Shown here in pieces: positions 26,487-44,270 of a DNA stretch of 64,000 bases. The stretch's first letter is position 1; every line of letters begins with the position of its first letter. The notes below the pieces were generated by a model. That model ran no database searches. It saw only the letters and a program-made list of their open reading frames with translations, and was not told the DNA's origin. The stretch comes from Hormiphora californensis (lineage: Eukaryota > Animalia > Ctenophora): NCBI GenBank assembly GCA_020137815.1, contig CM035357.1, positions 930,001-994,000 on the forward strand, in the 5' to 3' direction. Both the position numbers and the translations under genes were made by a program.

Positions 26487-27933
26487 TCATTGCACATAAT
26501 TCCCGGATCCTCCAGGCGTCTGCCAGTTATCAACCATATAGTCCGCATCTCTGGACCTCTTAACATCAGGCATTGGACTAGCACCCATTATTTTCCTCTT
26601 CATTGGTTGAGCGTAGTAGGCATATGGTTCCTGCATACTCCCTACCAGAGCTGTTTTGTACGTCCTAAGAGGACCCCATTCTATCTCATCCTCAGGTATC
26701 TCTCCCTCTCTCATTAACTGCTCCTCCAAGAATGCCAGCAACCCCTTGGGTCCCTTCTTATCAATGTCCATCAGTTTGAAGGTTGTCTCTGCTAGGATGT
26801 CAAAGAAGACGATGTTTGAAGGAGGGTTGCCGTCAGGAGGTCCGTTACGTAGGAGACAGTATATGATACCCTCTCGGTGGAAGGTAACTACTGCTTGCCG
26901 GGATTTGTAGTTGTCCACACCCGCCATAAGGGCAAATCTGGGAGGAGAGAGAGGGGTGTTAGAGGGAGGATGTTAGAGAAGGGTGTTCGACAGAGGAGAG
27001 GGAGGGCTTTGAGAGAGAGGGTGTTAGAGGGATTGAGTACTGTACGGTGATAGGATTGTTATAAGGGGTGTTACAAGGTGATGTAGGACCCTAATCACCC
27101 CAAATGTGTACCTGTGTGCAAGATCCTTTATCTTCGTCCATTCCTCACTACTTCGATCAATTCTACCCTCATTTTGATCTCTCAACTCCTCAAACAACTG
27201 CTCCAAAGATAACAGTTGAGTTCTCATGCACTTGGTCCTATTCAGCTCCCTAGCCTTGCTCATTATGTGTTTTACAATGTCACCGTAATCCTGGGGAAAG
27301 GTTTTTGTTATGTTTTAAACCCCCCTTACCGGGGTGCGGTGAATGAGTGGTCCAACAAGGTAAGAAGGGGGTTATGCAGTGTTGGGAGAATCTAGCAGTT
27401 TAGATTATTGATCAATCATTTTGAAAAAACCAGTAAAGTATAAGTTAAAGAGAAGTAATTTTTGGTGGCGCTATTTAGAACTACTCGCATACCTGATATG
27501 ATTTGACGTATTGGGCAAAGATGGAAGCAGCAAGCCTCATCTCAATGATATTGTACGCAATCAACTTCCCAAATGATGCCAGAACTCTTCGTTTTTCAAT
27601 TAGAACCTCAGTTTTAGCTGAAATTAATATTTGTTAGAAAAATATCTTTGTGTTCAGAGATCTGCTAGCTCAAGTAAATTGAAAATGTTGTAAGTGTGGA
27701 ATAGTAAGGTTCAAGAGAGTAGCTCTTCTCTGGACCCTGTTCTCACACACATGTTTACTATTTGGAGGGTGTATCACTGGAGTAACAAGGTGATACTTGT
27801 TACCAGCTTCTTTTCTCCAATCGAGGATCAATGGACAGTGAGATAAGAAAGAAGTAAGAGAGTAAGAAGTACAGTGAGAGATAGATATAGAAAGTCAAAG
27901 AGATAGACAGATAGTGAGAGATAGACAGATAGT

Positions 27934-28023
<90 letters not shown>

Positions 28024-31000
28024 TATAGAAAGTCAGAGAGATAGACAGAATGAGAGAGATAGATAGAAGGACAGATAGAAATTACCTTCTTCATCCTCAT
28101 CGTCCTGGAACTGCTGCGGTTCTTCCTCTGCAAACACTGTCGTGATGACGTAATCTCTCAACCTGGAGAAGGGAACGTGAATAAATTGATCATAACAGAT
28201 TCAGGCTTGATATATAGTATGTAAATTTGGCTGGACAGTTCGACTAATGTTGACTTGAATTGTAGCCAGTAAGAGAAGAAGATAGTGTACCTGATCTGAA
28301 CTGATTTATCTGGCACCACAATGAGAGAGCTGTAGGTGGGGTTCTGTTTTAATTGGGGCGCAAAGATAATTAGCATATCACACACCTGTATGAAGAGAAG
28401 TAGGGGGTTAGTTGAAAATAATGCAATTGTGACAGTGTTGATTAGACTGGCAGTTAAAATAAGGGAGGGGGGGGTGAAGTTATCAAGCCCCAATAAAACA
28501 TGCCCCAAAGATATCTCACCCCAGATCCGATATTGCCCCCCCCCCCCGATATTGCCTTGGAGTGCTACGAATAATAAAATTCTCACCGTGATAAATGCCT
28601 CCTTCTGAACATTAGGAGCACCAAACTGAATCAACTCATCGCACTGCTGCACCAACTGCACAACTGACTTTCTCAGTTTCTTGAGTTCCGTTTTGGATGG
28701 TTCGTTAGGGTTTGTTCGGTAGAGGGCCCAGGAGAGGATAACTTGCATTAACATTACAGCTGTTGCTGTTATATCATCCTTCATTTGGTGCTGGTTTGCT
28801 GCGAGAGAATGGAGGGTGGGTTATACCGAGAATTACTTTATTTTTTCCCTGCCCGGGTGGATGCCAAAGGCATCCACCCGGATGCCTTTTTACTTTGTAA
28901 AAAGGCATAGCAGGGTTAGAATTCGAAAACGACATTTTGGTATACTAACTAATCGGTATAGTAGAGGGACATTTTTTGGTCACACTTTCGTTGCGAGGGG
29001 CAACCGTGCGGCGCGCGCGATTTGAAGTTTGCGGAGTAACATGCGCGCCCACAAACTATTGAAAATTTATGAGGCGTGCGCGGCTATAAACTGTAACGCG
29101 CGGCAAAATTTGTTTTATATCGGCCGCGCGTTTTTGGGGAAAATGGAGAAATTGAAAAATATGTTTTGCGTTTTTTTCAAAAGTTCGAAAAACACAAATC
29201 CCCATTTTGCGGACAGCTTAAAGTCCATTTTTATTCAACTGTTCACCCCTCAACTCGTGCGCGTGCGATATTTTAATTTACGCTGCGCGTGCTACACGTT
29301 AACATGTGATAAACGCGCAAAACAATTCCGCGCACGACTTTGGGGGGTGAACAGTTGAAAAAAAATGGAGTATAATAAGGAACCATAATAAAGTTCAAGA
29401 GCGCACCCCATCCAAGAGCGTACCACCTCCAAAAGACACCACTCCAAGAGCGCACCACATCAAAGAGAACTCCCCGTCCAGAAGATACCGCGCGCAGGGG
29501 ACACCACGCGCAGAAGAGACCGCACGCGCAAATACAACGCCGCGCTGGTCTCTTCTGCGCGTGGTGTCCCCTGCGCGTGGTATCTTCTGGATGGGGAGCT
29601 CTCTTTGATGTGGTGCGCTCTTGGAGTGGTCTCTTCTGGAGGTGGTGCGCTCTTGGATGTGGTCTCTTTTGGGTGTGGTGCGCTCTCAGGTGTGGTCTCT
29701 CTTCGATCGGGTACGCTCTTGGGTGCTCTTGAACTTTATTATGGTTCCTTATGGCGAGTTGAATGGCAAATCGAAGAGGGCAGGGAAACGTAGCATTATG
29801 GATACATAATGCAAATAATTCTTGTTGAAGTGAGACTGGTTTCCAAATTAGTGCTCAACACAGTTCAAATGCCATGTTTCACCTGTCTCCGGATAGTGGA
29901 TACAGATTGCAGAAGAGGGGGGTTACAAGATATGGAACTTAAAAATATGTTTTTTGTAAAGGAGGGTTAGAATATAACAAAGGAATTGAGTGACCCTACC
30001 TTTTGTGATGATAGCAGACACATCCTTCTCTATGTCAGCCAGATCGGTTACATCGTGAGCCTGGTAGAATGCGTAGAGACGTTTCATGTCTACCAGCAGT
30101 CTACACTCTGATTGCTCAGAGATGGCCTCTGACTCCAACACTGAGGGGAAGATAAAGTTAGAATTGAAATGGTTTTACATGTTTTGATAAGAGAAAATTT
30201 AGCTGTTTCCCAGATCTCAGTAAATAGAAAGCATAACCAGATGTTAAAATAAGAAGAAAACTCCATCTTTAATTAGTAATTACCTTCAGATATCTTGCTC
30301 TGGAAGCTGGTAACAAGTTCATCAATGAGTTGCCTGAATGCCACTGCAGCAGTAGTTTGAATTGACAATTCGTTATTGATAAAGTATCTGAAAGTAAAAA
30401 AAGGATTTAGATAATAGCCTTTAACCTAGATCTCATATGAGTTGTTGGTGCCCTCTCCGATGAATGCAGTCATATATGTAGTATGACGATATATATCTGA
30501 GCTACCTCAGTCCTCACTAACCTGTAGGTAAATGCACAGTTTCTCAGAACATCACTATCACTGTGTTTCATAACTATATTGTGCATGTACTTCAATAGGA
30601 GTTCCAGGAACTTGTTCAGTCGGTGTTCCACATACACTTCCAACTGAAGGGAATGAAATATGCATTTTAAATGGCGACTTACAAACTTAGAAGTTTTCGA
30701 AACATAATCTCGGAGTATATGATTGAGAGCTGGAAATAGGAAATTTACCCTGCCCTAAACTCACATGGAAATACTGAGGAATTTCCACCAAACTAACAAT
30801 CTTCTGCTCGTCAGTACTAAACTTGCTGAGTAACTCTGGCAGTTCCGCAATGAAATGTTTAGTTAGAGAATTCTTGTCTGCCTCAAGTTGCCTTCTTTCC
30901 TTTGTGTTCAGTTCTCTCTGTCTCGGTTTTCCTCTGCCAGGGGGCGGGTCTTCTCCCGCTGCACGTTTAATTGCACACGACATTATCTCAATTAGTGCTC

Positions 31001-34000
31001 CTTCCTCTTCGTCATTCAGACCCAGCTCACCTGGGGAGAGAGAAGTTTAGAATATGGAGTTGCATTGTAGACTATTATAATGTAGAGGGAGGGAGAGAGC
31101 GAGAGAGATAGATAGTGCGTGTGAGTGTAATGACTAATGGGCCGGGTAATATTACAAACAAAGAAGCCATAGAATAAAGGGTGTGTCAATACTAAATCAA
31201 TTATAAAACCATACCAAGTTCATCAGAGAGCAGTAGTTCCGTCATACTTTTCCAATCTCTGAGAACCTCAACAGTTTCCCACAAACTATCAACCATGTAT
31301 GCACCGTGCTCGCTCACCTAAAATAGGTTCAAAATGGCTTAAATAAGGTTTAAAAATCTGCGGAAAATTGAGAAAGTAGAATGAAATGAATTTGCAAAAG
31401 TGCTGTGACCAGGATTCGAACCTGGGTTATTGCGGCCACAACGCAATGTCCTAACCACTAGACGATCACAGCTCCGCGCCGAGGAGGCGATGTTATAAAG
31501 ACAATTCCGCACTATTTATACTCACATCTCGCACAAACATGATCAAAGACAAAGAGCTATCTTTTAAAACCTTCTGAATTCATGATCATACAGTCGAACC
31601 CCGATTTACCGGGATGCTCGGGGTCCGACGGTACTTAATAAAATTATCCCCTCTCACCTCATTCTCGAGGTAATTAATAAAATTATCCTCTATCCAGCTC
31701 TCACCTCATTCTCAAGGAAGAACCTCAGCAACTCCTTCAAGATGATATGAGGTTCCCTAATTTTCCTGGTATGTCTCTGTGCTCTGTGCTCCTTCAACAC
31801 CTCCTCCAAATCTTCAGTCAGGAGTTTCTTGTGCAGGAACTCTCCCGCAGCGTGGGATATGTTTCTGTTGTTTGCAAATACTAGCTGGTAGACAACCTGA
31901 TAGAGAGGGAGAGGGTGTTTAAAAATGTGATTTGTCGAATTCTTACTTTAAAAATTATCGCCTAAACCCTAAAAAGATTGATTGAACGAATTGATATTTG
32001 CTACAGATATCTGATTACCTCACAATCAGAGTTCTCCAGCACATCGAAACTGTTCAACATGAAACTGATGAGTTTGACAGCCTGAACAGCCACATTCTCC
32101 TCCTTGTCGTGCACCATCTCAACTATCCTGTTCTTAAATCTGTCAGGAGTGATCCGGATTAAAATTGCATATTGCTTCGCTCGACCCCTTTCTCGCCCAA
32201 TCATTTTGAAATGGAGGTTTAGAATATAATACTATGTGGGCCGCTGTCGCGAAGAGCTGAGGGTTTCGAATTAATTAGGAAATCAAGAAAGAAAATGGTA
32301 GTTCAATTTACCTAGCAGTGAACAACTCCAGCTGTTGAGCGAAATCCTCAATCATGTACAGACCCTGGAGGGCAAGAACACTTTTCAACCTGACTTCTGC
32401 GTGCCTATCGTGAAGTGTCCATCCAACGTATTTCAGGTACTGATCCTTCAGGAAATGGGAAGGTAGATGTTTCATCCAGTGACCTGAAAGGGAATTGTCG
32501 GTTAGAAGGGATTCGGGAGTAGAGGGTGTGTTTACTAAGGATTATACGGGAATAGAGATTAGAGGGTGCATTTAGGGCACCATGGATTTGTAGTCCAATA
32601 CTTAGCTGTCCTAGAGAAATGAAATCAAACTCACCAAGCTCCTGAATGCAAATGGACCGGATTTCAGGCCTGCAATCCCTGTATCTATGAACAAAGAGAC
32701 CACTGAAAATCTGGTTCATGAAATCATGAAGGAAACCCTCCAGATTACTCCTCAGCTCCTTTTGCTTGTTCTGCAGCCTCTCAACCTTGGCAAATGCCCG
32801 TTTAGCCTGACCCTTTTTCAGTTCAGTTTCCAGTTGTCGCTCCGTATTTTCAAGGTCCATTTGGGCCATTTTGGCGATATCGATGAGGGATGTGACTAGG
32901 GTCATACCAATCAGGGTACAGGTGTGTCGGAACGCTCGAACCTGCGGAGAAGGGAAGGGAAAAGGGTTAAGGAAGTTTTGGGGCGAGTAACTGAGAAATA
33001 GAAATTGCCAATTCTTGGAATTCCTTAGAAACCACGGCTGGCAACCAAAACGAAGTTGCACGTGCAAACATTTTACGATTTTACTGCTCACGATCTCATC
33101 TCACTACTGACATAATGGATTCCAGAGTATTGAAACAGGAGGATTACACCCGACAAAGAATCAAGATGAGACCATTCTGGTTCCGACGTCCAAACAACAC
33201 CTACAATATCAACATGTCGGTTTTAAACGACTACCACAATTTCCTCAAGGATAATCCGGGTATAATCAACAACAAGCTCTCCTTCGATTGCTCCCCTTCG
33301 CCCACCAGACCAGCGGCAGTGGAGTATAGGCTACAGGGAAGATTACGGAGCTACGTTCCCCCTCCCCTGAGCAGCGGAGAGAGCGCTCCAGCAACTACAT
33401 CACCTCTATCCCGGATTGATACACCAAACTACGACATGTACTTTCTCTGTACACCCCTCCCCCAGACACCCTTTCTACTACAACAGATCCAGGAGCCCAG
33501 TACAAACCTGCAGGTCTACAAGAAGCTGATGGGGAACCCAAACAGAGATCTAATCAGGGAATCTGAACCAAATGGTACCCGATCCCACAAACATTTGATG
33601 CAGAACATGACAAGAAACAACTGCAGGTCAACCAACTACACTTGTTTCGCACAACCAAGACGGCACTGGCATGATACTCATCATGGTCAGAGACGGGTTT
33701 CTCTGCTGACAAGGCAAAATGAGGAGCCACCGATTCATCACCGGCCTCAAGTCACACTATAATGTGTGTGTTCTGTGACACCCACATCCCGTGACCCACT
33801 GTGTGGGATTCTGAGATTTGACATCTTTTATTGACCATGTCAACTGTTTTACTATGTTTTACAATTATCAATTAACTTTAGAGTCTTGAATCTCACAATA
33901 TAGCTGTTTTACCATTATCAATTATCAATTAGAGTCTTGAATCTCACAATATATAGCTGTTTTACCTGCGAATCACTGAGAGCAAGTAACCAACTGATGA

Positions 34001-34843
34001 CATTCTCCATCATGAACTCGTCGTATATGATACTGTGTTTGCAGCTCCTAATCAATCTCTCAATAAACTCCAGGAGGTTGCTCTTGAACTTTTTAAACAG
34101 TGGTCCTCCCTGAAACAAGGAGTGTTAGATCAAGGCATGGTACGGATTAGGGACAAACGGTTTTTAATCTTCCCACTTTGCACAGTTATCCAAGTGTCTA
34201 CTAAGGGGCTGAACAAACCTGAATCAGAGGGTACTCTCCGCTCTCTTCATCGAACGACTCAGGTCAACTTCCTGATACTCTTTACTTTATCCTGACTAGC
34301 AAACATTATCTGACTGAGTTTTCCCTTGCACCCACAGCACTGCACAAAGAACTGGATCAGCTCTACAATGGCCTTCTCTCTGTCCTTTTTGTATTCGTCA
34401 ATCCACTCGTCGACAACAACTTGGAGGGCTGCCCTGCCACTTAGAACCTGAAGAGAGTGGAATTAGGATTCAATACTTTTCAATTCAAATAATTTCCTTC
34501 CCTGTACGGTATGTTTTACTTCCAAACACCCAGTTTCACTCACATATCCATACATGGTATCCTCGGCCAACTCAGGAATGATATTAACAGCCCTGCTTCG
34601 CTTGCTAGCATTCATCATTGGTCTGTTCTTGATAGGGATTCTCTTCATGTCCAGAGGCTTCTTCCTGTTGTGAGAAGATAGAGGTTAGAGAAAACGTAGA
34701 TGACACAAACATGTTACCATACGGAATATCGATAACTTTTACAAATGTTCTTACCCAGCGTAGAATCCAACATCCTCGCTGGCAGTACTATTGATATCCC
34801 AATTATCGTCTGCATCCCGCAAGTGAGCAGGTGATTGCATCAT
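26487..34843 (-). CDS. STAG: Cohesin subunit SA/stromalin (STAG), multi-exon
   Basis: Motifs across exons: [146 protein letters not shown]. Start inferred at 34843. Confidence 0.93.
29375..29752. mobile_element. ~380-bp foldback element in a STAG intron, built of ~20-bp subrepeats
   Basis: ATAAGGAACCATAATAAAGTTCAAGAGC ... GCTCTTGAACTTTATTATGGTTCCTTAT; internal CAAGAGCGCACCAC-type units; centre ~29530. Confidence 0.8.
31401..31472 (-). tRNA. tRNA-His (GTG)
   Basis: GCTGTGATCGTCTAGTGGTTAGGACATTGCGTTGTGGCCGCAATAACCCAGGTTCGAATCCTGGTCACAGCA: intact cloverleaf, A and B boxes, followed by CTTTT. Confidence 0.95.
31591..31631. mobile_element. 41-bp deletion derivative of the pogo/Tigger-like element
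   Basis: TA|CAGTCGAACCCCGATTTACCGG...CGGGGTCCGACGG|TA; matches the termini of 44271-45145. Confidence 0.6.
33115..33762 (+). CDS. Nested antisense intronless ORF (215 aa, unknown function) in a STAG intron
   Basis: ATG-initiated, non-repetitive 648-nt ORF filling most of the ~1-kb intron (32942-33966). No recognised family. Confidence 0.5.
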   Translation: MDSRVLKQEDYTRQRIKMRPFWFRRPNNTYNINMSVLNDYHNFLKDNPGIINNKLSFDCSPSPTRPAAVEYRLQGRLRSYVPPPLSSGESAPATTSPLSRIDTPNYDMYFLCTPLPQTPFLLQQIQEPSTNLQVYKKLMGNPNRDLIRESEPNGTRSHKHLMQNMTRNNCRSTNYTCFAQPRRHWHDTHHGQRRVSLLTRQNEEPPIHHRPQVTL

Positions 34844-35338
34844 CTTGCTAGAAAAGAATGAGCCATTTAGTGCGGGTTTCTTGATTCTTATTGGAACAAA
34901 AATTACGCAAAATACTAAAAGGGGTCAGCCGATGTATTGATGTTATCGAATGTGTTGCCAATTGGCATTTACTGCCCGTGGGTGAAGGCCCGACCGCGAG
35001 CGTAAAGCTCTTGATTGGAGCATCATCTGGAATCTCAAGATGATGCTAGACAAACCCTTTACTAAAACATAATAAATGGGATATTATGCTGTCTGTATAA
35101 TTCAGGCAGGGACATTAAAAGGCTAATAAAAGGACCGAGAAGGGAGAATCAAAATTTAATAACAACAAAACTGAAAACAAAAAATTTTAAGAATTTGAAA
35201 ATTTAAAATTTCGCTTTTTTGTTTGATTTCGTCGCGCGCGCGATAGAATATAAGATTTGTGCGCGCCATTTGTTGCATCGCATTCTAAAAATTTACGCGG
35301 TTTACAATAAACAATCAAACTGGTAAGTGGAAAACTGT

Positions 35339-35790
35339 GACAATGACAATGACAATGACAATGACAATGACAATGACAATGACAATGACAATGACAATGA
35401 CAATGACAATGACAATGACAATGACAATGACAATGACAATGACAATGACAATGACAATGACAATGACAATGACAATGACAATGACAATGACAATGACAAT
35501 GACAATGACAATGACAATGATGACAATGACAATGACAATGACAATGACAATGATGACAATGACAATGACAATGATGACAATGATGACAATGATGACAATA
35601 TGATGACAATATGATGACAATATGATGACAATATGATGACAATGATGACAATGATGACAATGATGACAATGATGACAATGATGACAATGATGGCAATGAT
35701 GACAATGATGACAATGATGATAATAATGACAATGATGACAATGATGACGATGAAGACAATGATGACAATGATGGCAATGATGACAATGAC
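35339..35790. repeat. (GACAAT)n microsatellite grading into 9- and 11-bp variants
   Basis: Direct inspection. Confidence 0.97.
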
Positions 35791-37467
35791 AGCCTGATTT
35801 CTGGATTCAAATTGAAGATTCTAGGGGTCTCTTTGAATTGTGTAATTGTACCCAGACCCGGACCGATCTCTAGTGATAAATGACATACCATAAGTTGTTT
35901 AGCAGCGATATGTTTCCTGACCTCAGCGTCAAACCGGCTAACAGCCGGGCTAAGTGCCATTGGTCGCAATGGGTCAAGCCTCGCTATTTGTCCTCTTACT
36001 GACCCGTGAGAAGCCAGATGACTCGGAGACTGATGCTCTCACTCTCAGAGAGGCAAGGGTTCTTCCTGTCTGTCTTGTTCTACTCGGGACCCCTGGTACT
36101 CCTAGACAAGGGAATGTACCGACTACATGTATCTACTACATCCTGGTCTCTTGATATCTCTCGCTACTTCACGCACTGTGGCATGGAGACGGAGAAAAGT
36201 GTATTCTAATTACTTGAATTAGTAAACATTTACTGTTGTTTCGTTGTTGCCCTCTTTTCTCCTTTCTCACACTTTGTAGTGCAGTGTTGGTTAACAACAG
36301 TTGGTTGTTTCATCGGCAGATGCTGCTGCATTTTGCAGCTTATTCGACCCTCTCTCTCAGAACATAACAAGCTGCAGTGAGGTGCTGATTGGTTGATAGG
36401 AATATTGTTATTGTTGCACATATATCCGGGTGTTGATCGCCGACAATGTCGGGCTTGGGATATTATATAAATATTCGGTATTATGTCTTTAGAGATAGTC
36501 TGTTCACTGTTCAGCGATCGGATGCCTGACTCAGAATCAAGACGTCCAGTGCTGCAAAATATGATTGTGCAACTGCACGTGCAGCTACACTCTACTGACG
36601 CGCGCTATCAGTTTTACTGAGTCACGCATCATTACCGCGTCGTCACCTTACTGCTCTTGTGGTCGTCACCATACCTCTTATTGAATTGAGCGATGTGCTT
36701 TGTTTGTTGAGGAGCTGTTGACATTGTATGATGTACATCAAGCTGTCAGGTATCTACCTCTTTATCTCTCTGTACCACTGCCACTGCCACTGCCACATGC
36801 GGATTCTTTTGTTCTAACTCAGAATCTCATCTAATTGCACATTCTTTGTTCAAAAGCTTGCCACTTTCAAACGGATCATTAGTATTCTGTGAGGCTTCTA
36901 GAAACTGTATGTTACAATTTGTATTCTTCACTGTGAGACTTCCCTCACTTCACAGAGTTGTTTAATGTTTCAACAATGTACATTTTCAACACTGCGTGTG
37001 TTTATCTCTCGGAGGTGGTGCTGCACTTCCTCTTGTACGCTCTCTCCTTCTCTCTCTCTCTTCATTTCTCTGTCCACCATTTGTGTGCAGCACAGCTGCA
37101 GCATTGACTCTCTCTCCATGTATCTTTCATCTTGCTTCCATCATTGATGTAGGTTGGTACACACATCTTCCCTAGCCGATCAGTTAGATGAGTTTCTTCT
37201 CTAATTCTTATAGACTGGTTCTGCTGCCGACTGACCTGCTGCACCTGTTACTACTAACATAATACACGCAGTTGATAATCTCACTCTATCATTGGTATCT
37301 TTCTCTCTTTCTCGCTTATTATTATTATTATATTGCACTACGAATATTTTCACTCTCCGAGGTCCCATTTAGCATTCATTTATTCATCTTGTGGTTGTCT
37401 AATGTCTACCCAAGGTTATACGTCCTGCTCCTTAATGGCCTGGAGCTACTATTATACTGAGAGAGAG

Positions 37468-37514
<47 letters not shown>

Positions 37515-38170
37515 GAGAGAGAGAGAGAGTGAGAAACATACAGGAAGGGAGAGAGAGAGAGTGTAGAAGAAAGGCACCCAGCAATCTGTCCCGTCATTGT
37601 CTAGGGACCACATCGTGAATTAATGAGTATATAAGGGGTCCACAACACGTGAATACCTTCTTTTCTCTCATGTGGAGATCAGCCTTTACTAGGGCTAGGG
37701 GTGAATTTCCCCCTATTTCCTAGTCACTTTTAGTGTAGCTGTGTGTACCTACCTACCTACACTTTTTCTTGTAGTACCAGACCACACCCAAGTCTTCCCA
37801 CTGTACCGAGGATAGAGGCCATTGTGCAGTAGCTCACACTGTGTTATATTTCGCGCTCTGTGAGGGTTTGTTGCTAGGAACTATTGACACGCGAATAGTA
37901 ATACAATTGTAACTTGATCCAGCTGCTATAACAGCTGCAAAGAGAACTTTGAAATTTAATGAGTAACACATTTCTAGTGTTACAATATTCATGAGGCGTG
38001 GGAGGGGGTGTTCCTTTTCCATGAGATGAGTTATGAGTCTTCGGTGAGAGAATATTTCAATTTTATAAAATGTTAGTTTTTATTAAATGTCTTCGGCCGA
38101 ATTCGGTGAGAGTGTTTCAATGTTTCGTGAGAGAGTGGTAGAATAATACTGTAGGATCCTATAGGATACC

Positions 38171-38289
38171 GGCGACCTCGAATTGTAGATGAAAACATGA
38201 GTGTAGTTTGTTGACAGTTTCGACGTCTACACACTATTTTAAACAAATTAATTTGAGTTTAGATTTTAGCAGAACAATTCGAGGTCGCC
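38171..38289. mobile_element. 119-bp MITE-like element
   Basis: 16-bp TIR GGCGACCTCGAATTGT / ACAATTCGAGGTCGCC; no clear TSD. Confidence 0.5.
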
Positions 38290-38858
38290 ATAATGAGTGT
38301 TTGACTGTGTTAGAGCTGAAATGGGATGAAGAGATTTAGTGATCTCCAATTTCATCTTCTTTTGTGTGTACAGTATCGTCTCGTTCTTCGTTTTGCAAAG
38401 GTTTTTTTTGCAAAGTAATGAATGATCTTCATTTGATTTTAGAGTCTTACAAGATTATAAAAATATAATTTTAGGCCCATACACGCTAGTATGCCACCCT
38501 TTTTTCACCCGATTTAATGTGGTTAGGTAGGTAGCTAGTTGGAGAAATCAGAAAACTTAGAAGAAGAGCGTGGGTCGAGTGAGACACTGGGAATTTTCAA
38601 CGATCAGAGGTCACGGAAAACTAATTTCAACACGTCACACATCTCCTAATGAACCACAAATCTTTTTTACATTCCTGATCTTGAGAACCATTTAGTTTCA
38701 AAGAAAATACAGATTCCTTCCGCAGAGGGAGGATAGAAGGAGAGAGAACTGGGGATTTTTTTGATATCTTATCGTTCAACTGGATAGGCTAAAAAGTAAA
38801 GAACATCCACTTTGTGCTTACCAAAATTCTTCCTTTACTATTTGATAACTTTGCAGTA

Positions 38859-40062
38859 CAGGGTGTCCCACTGTCTTTGCGTGACCTGCGATTACTGGTC
38901 ATGACCGGGTTCCGTCAAATTAATCAAAACTTATCGAAAAATTGGTCAAAATGGTTCTAACAAAAACCAGTGTTCTAGAGAATTGTCTGGCGAACATTTT
39001 GGTTGCAAGATTGACGTTCCAAGTCTTACCAATCGTCAGATATATCGTCCTAAAGTCAAAAATACGTGTTCCAGAAATCCGACCGGGGTTCACGTTTTGA
39101 AAAATTCACAAATGCAAAGTTGCTCGGATCACATTGCATCCCTCATAAGAGTTGTGGGAAATTGTCTGGCGGTCATTTTGGTACCCGGGTTTTTGTCCTA
39201 GCTCAATGTTTACAGTGTCTTATGACTGTCTAAAGACGAAATTCAACCAGCATTTTTGAGGGGATCACGTGTCATCAACAAATGGGTAAAATTATTTGAA
39301 ATTTACAAGAGCTTCATTGGAATCGTCTAAGGTTCATTTTGATACCATGGTTTTTTTCCATAGCTCTACGTTTAAGTTGCGTTATGACTGTAGGAACATG
39401 AAGATTTTTCTATGCTGAGTCTTAGTTGGTATCGGCTCACAACCCCTAATTAGGTGGCTCGGTGTCGTGTGTAATCCCATGATAATCAGCACATATCGTC
39501 TCAATTTCATCTGGACACTTGACAGGGTTGTTATGACGATTTGGCAAGGCCCCTGTTAATGTGTAGGATATGCAAGTGGTCTATCTCAACCCTATCATGC
39601 ACTAAGATGTTATTCAAGCAGCTATGAGCTTCATAACAGGGCAAAATGCAATGCGATACCTGAGACCACTTTTGGGAAAATTCCAGTTCTGACAGTCATA
39701 AGACACTCTAAACATTGAGCTAGGATAAAAACCCGGGTACCAAAATGACCGCCAGACAATTTCCTACAACTCTTATGAGGAATGCAATGTGATCCGAGCA
39801 ACTTTGCATTTGTGAATTTTTTAAAACGTGAACCCCGGTCGGATTTCATGAACACGTAATTTTGACTTTACGACGATATATCTGACGATTGGTAAGACTT
39901 GGAAAGTCAATCTTGCAACTAAAATGTTCGCCAGACAATTTTCTAGAACACTGGTTTTTGTTAGAACCATTTTGACCAATTTTTCGATGAGTTTTGGTTA
40001 GTTTAATGGAGCCCGGTCATGACCCAAAATCTCAGGTCACGCAAAGACAGTGGGACACCCTG
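38859..40062. mobile_element. 1.2-kb non-autonomous Tc1/mariner-type element with ~370-bp TIRs
   Basis: TA|CAGGGTGTCCCACTGTCTTTGCGTGACCTG ... CAGGTCACGCAAAGACAGTGGGACACCCTG|TA; arms ~38859-39230 and ~39690-40062; no transposase ORF. Confidence 0.88.
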
Positions 40063-40698
40063 TACTACTATTTAAATTTACTCGTTGCTTTCAGCCTCGT
40101 CTTGTTTTAATCTAGACAGCTTACATGATTATACCTCTATCGACTAAATCTCTCCTACCACCAGCTAATGGCATTTTGTACTCGGTTCTTGACAAATCCA
40201 TTAGAAACTAGATTGCTTTTTTCTATCAGTTGCTCGTTCTACGGTCTATTTCTAATGCATATCTCTCTCGACCTCTCGCTCTAGTCTATGACGTTTATGT
40301 ATTGCACTAGTATAAGGCCAGTATACTGTGGGTGGTGTATACAATAGAGGTATCCGATTGTATATTACTATTAGTATCAAGAGACACACTAGCTGTCTAT
40401 AGCTGTCTAGTATAGTAGTGTTATAATGATCTACCATGTTGTAGAAACAAGCTGTTTCTATCTCTATTTTTCTATCTCTATTTAGCTTCCACCTATATCT
40501 TTGTTTTGTTCAAACTCTTTTTTTAACAGTCTAACTTGGCAATAATATCTGTAGTCTGATCTTATCGACTAAATTCAGTATCACTGCGTATATTGTATCA
40601 GTGTATCACATTCCCCTTCCTACACCTCTCTCTGTGCAGCTCGCCCCCTCATTTGATCTCTAGCCCCCTCTCTCGCCCCCTCATTTGATCTCTAGTCT

Positions 40699-44160
<3,462 letters not shown>

Positions 44161-44270
44161 ATCCAGCTAAAAAGAGAGAAAGATTTGAATTTGGATCATC
44201 AATAAACTGATATAAAACGTACTAAAACAAAAAACATTTGTAAAAGTTACACAAGTTAATAATCAAGTTA

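Noticed and set aside
35187-35969. His/Cys-rich 260-aa ORF and overlapping ORFs
   Set aside because: Translation of the (GACAAT)n microsatellite.
35838-37840. Possible solo LTR (TG...CA, TATATAA at ~37629)
   Set aside because: No matching TSD, second LTR, primer-binding site or gag/pol remnant could be identified.
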